Source of the DNA: the human T2T-CHM13v2.0 reference genome, Homo sapiens
Length of the DNA stretch: 64,000 nucleotides
Assembly: GCF_009914755.1 (NCBI RefSeq)
Contig: NC_060939.1
Strand: one strand, 5' to 3'
This document shows positions 61,701-64,000 of the stretch, in pieces; position 1 is the stretch's first letter, and the number at the start of each line of letters is the position of its first letter. The translations under genes were made by a program, and so were the position numbers. The notes under the pieces are model-generated. The model was not told the DNA's origin and made no database searches. It saw only the letters and a program-made list of their open reading frames with translations.

Positions 61701-62716
61701 ACCCAGAAGGGCCCTGCTGCTCAGTTCCTGCTGACTGGTTCTGTGCGGAAATGCCAGCCCAGTGTTGTCACAGCTACTGATTTTTTCTAAGAAATCTGAA
61801 ATTTTACGTAAAATGCTGTTTTTAAACTACTGTAGGAAGCAAAACAGGTATGCAGGCCACCAGTCTGCAACCTGTGGATAAGAGAAATAAATATCCAAGG
61901 AACCGAAAGGTGAGCAGGGTTAGCCCGACCTGAAAAAGGGTGTTCTCTGGGCTAGAGTTCTCAGGACGTCCCCACCCACCCCGGGTAGAAGGACCATCTG
62001 CAGTTTCCCTGACACCACCGCCAACCTCCAGCCCAAGCACAAGGGACCGCATTTTTTTTTTAGGAAGCCAGAGGAAAGACTGGAACCCTCTGGGAGGCCC
62101 ATATGTTGACTGGGAAGACTGAACTCCATGTCTGGGGCACCATTCTGAAAAACTTTTTCTCGTTTACACCAGGCATTGGAGTGAAAAGTCTGTCTTGAGA
62201 GGGGCTGGCAGCTCTTAAGTACCAGGACACTGCAGCATGTGCCACTCATTGAAGTGGTGTCAAGACTGAGCACACCTGGGAACATGTCCTAGACCTACAC
62301 CCTTGCCAAGTGGGGCTCCTGGCTCCTGCTCCCAGCCCATATCCCAGAGACCTGCTGACGCTCCCCTTGGTGCCTTTGGGATCACAGGTTTACCCCTAAC
62401 CACCCTCACCCCCTGCAGGTCAGAAAATGAGCTCATCATACCTAGAATTCACCTGCTCTCAATGGTTGGTTTTCTAGATTTAAGCCTCCGCCCTCCCGCT
62501 AGGTCTGCAGGAGGAAATAAGCCTCCTCTTAGTACTGTCTCTACGGAAACGGTAGTGTCTGGAGGGCAAAATAGATAGTGCCGATTGTTCACTATGGGCA
62601 GGGGGCAGTGAGCAGGGTTCTATCCCCTCCCCACACTCCCAGGTCACTCTTACTATATGAACCTCCTCCCTCCCCTCCCCCTTCCCCTTCCCCTTCCCCC
62701 CCTCACGAGCTGGACT

Positions 62717-64000
62717 TGTGTCCGGAATCCGTAGGTTCTCGGTCTGACTTCAAAAATGAAGCCGCAGACCCTCGCAGTTGAGTGTTCCTTAGTTCTTAAA
62801 GGCGCGTTTCTGGAGTTTGCTCCTTCCCATATTCGGATGTGTTGAGAGTTTTTTCCGTCCGGTGGGTTCGGTGGTCCCGCTCGTTCAGAAACGAAGCTAC
62901 AGACTTTCTCCGTGAGTGTTACAGTTCTCAAGGTAGCGCGTCTGGAATCGTTCGTTCTTCCTGGTGGTTTTGTAGTCTCGCTAACCTCAAGACTGAAACT
63001 GCAGACTTTCGTGATAAGCGTTACAACTCACAAAAACAGTGTAGACCCCCCAAAACATAAAAAAAAAAACCGCCCCCAAAGGATGGAAAACAAACCCACC
63101 AGGTTACCACTACGGGCTCGGGCAGCCCGCTTTTATTCTCTCATCTGGCCCCACCCACATCCTGCTGATTGGTCCATTTTACAGAGAGCCGATTGGTCTG
63201 TTTTACAGAGAGCTGATTGGTCCGTTTTGACAGGGTGCTGATTGGTGCGTTTACAATCCCTGAGCTAGACACAAAAGTTCTCCATGTCCCCACTAGGTTA
63301 GCTAGATACAGAGTGTTGATTGGTGTATTTACAAACCCTGAGCTAGACACAGAGTGCTGATTGGTTCATTTGCAAACCTTGAGCTAGATACAGAGTGCCG
63401 ATTGGTGCATTCACAATCCCTTAGCTAGACATAAAGATTCTCCAAGTCACCACCAGACTCAGGAGCCCAGCTGGCTTCACCCAGTGGATCCCCCACCGGG
63501 ACTGCAGGTGGAGCTGCCTGCCAGTCCCGCGCCCTGAGCCCGCACTCCTTAGCCCTTGGGCGGTCGATGGGACTGGGCGCTGTGGAGCAGGGGGCAGCGG
63601 TCGTCGGGGAGGCTCGGGCCGCGCAGGAGCCGACGGCGGGTTGGGGGCGTGGCTCAGGCATGGCGGGCTGCAGGTCCCAAGCCCTGCCCCGCGGGGAGGC
63701 AGCTAAGGCCAGGCGAGAAATCCAGCACAGCCGCTGCTGGCCCAGGTGCTAAGCCCCTCACTGCCTGGGGCCGGCCAGCCGGCCGGCGGTTCCCAGTGCG
63801 AGTGCGGGGCCCGCGGAGCCCACGCCCGCCCGGAACTCGCGCTGGCCCACAAGCGCCGCGCGGAGTCCTGTTCCCACCCGCGCCTCTCCCTCCACACCTC
63901 CCCGCAAGCTGAGGGAGCTGGCTCCGGCCTTGGCCAGCCCAGAAAGGGGCTCCCACAGTGCAGCGGTGGGCTGAAGGGCTCCTCAAGCGCGGCCAGAATG
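62717..64000 (-). mobile_element. LTR12 (ERV9 LTR, LTR12C-like), truncated by the window end
   Basis: Ends TGTGTCCGGAAT (reverse complement of the LTR12 3' terminus); tandem GATTGGT (CCAAT) enhancer repeats at 63165-63406; TTTTATT at 63131; CpG-rich U3. Confidence 0.93.

Overview
Human (primate) genomic DNA containing the complete CD276 (B7-H3) gene on the + strand. From recall this is 15q24.1; no mapping was run. The gene has a CpG-island promoter and non-coding exon 1 (donor at 15672), then nine coding exons: 30853-30931, 33588-33926, 34105-34419, 34992-35330, 35509-35805, 39672-39806, 40981-41022, 42468-42503 and 44267-44289. These splice to 1605 nt = 534 aa + stop, the 4Ig IgV-IgC-IgV-IgC type I membrane isoform. 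A ~1.55 kb 3' UTR ends after AATAAA at 45828. The rest is interspersed repeat (about 19 Alu units, L1, L2, MIR, MaLR/ERVL LTRs, hAT MERs, an LTR12 at the right edge), simple repeats and possible enhancers. I see no second protein-coding gene and no self-contained new biological system. The best leads are: (1) a cryptic degenerate repeat in the 3' UTR that multiplies miR-124 seed matches; (2) homogenisation of the duplicated V-intron-C unit with a 9:1 CpG asymmetry; (3) an intron-7 minisatellite built from splice-donor motifs; (4) inverted Alus that could drive translatable circRNAs; (5) an old local duplication flanking exon 2; (6) a 24-bp satellite with hairpins and GGTCA sites. All counts are by eye, and repeat family names and boundaries are approximate.
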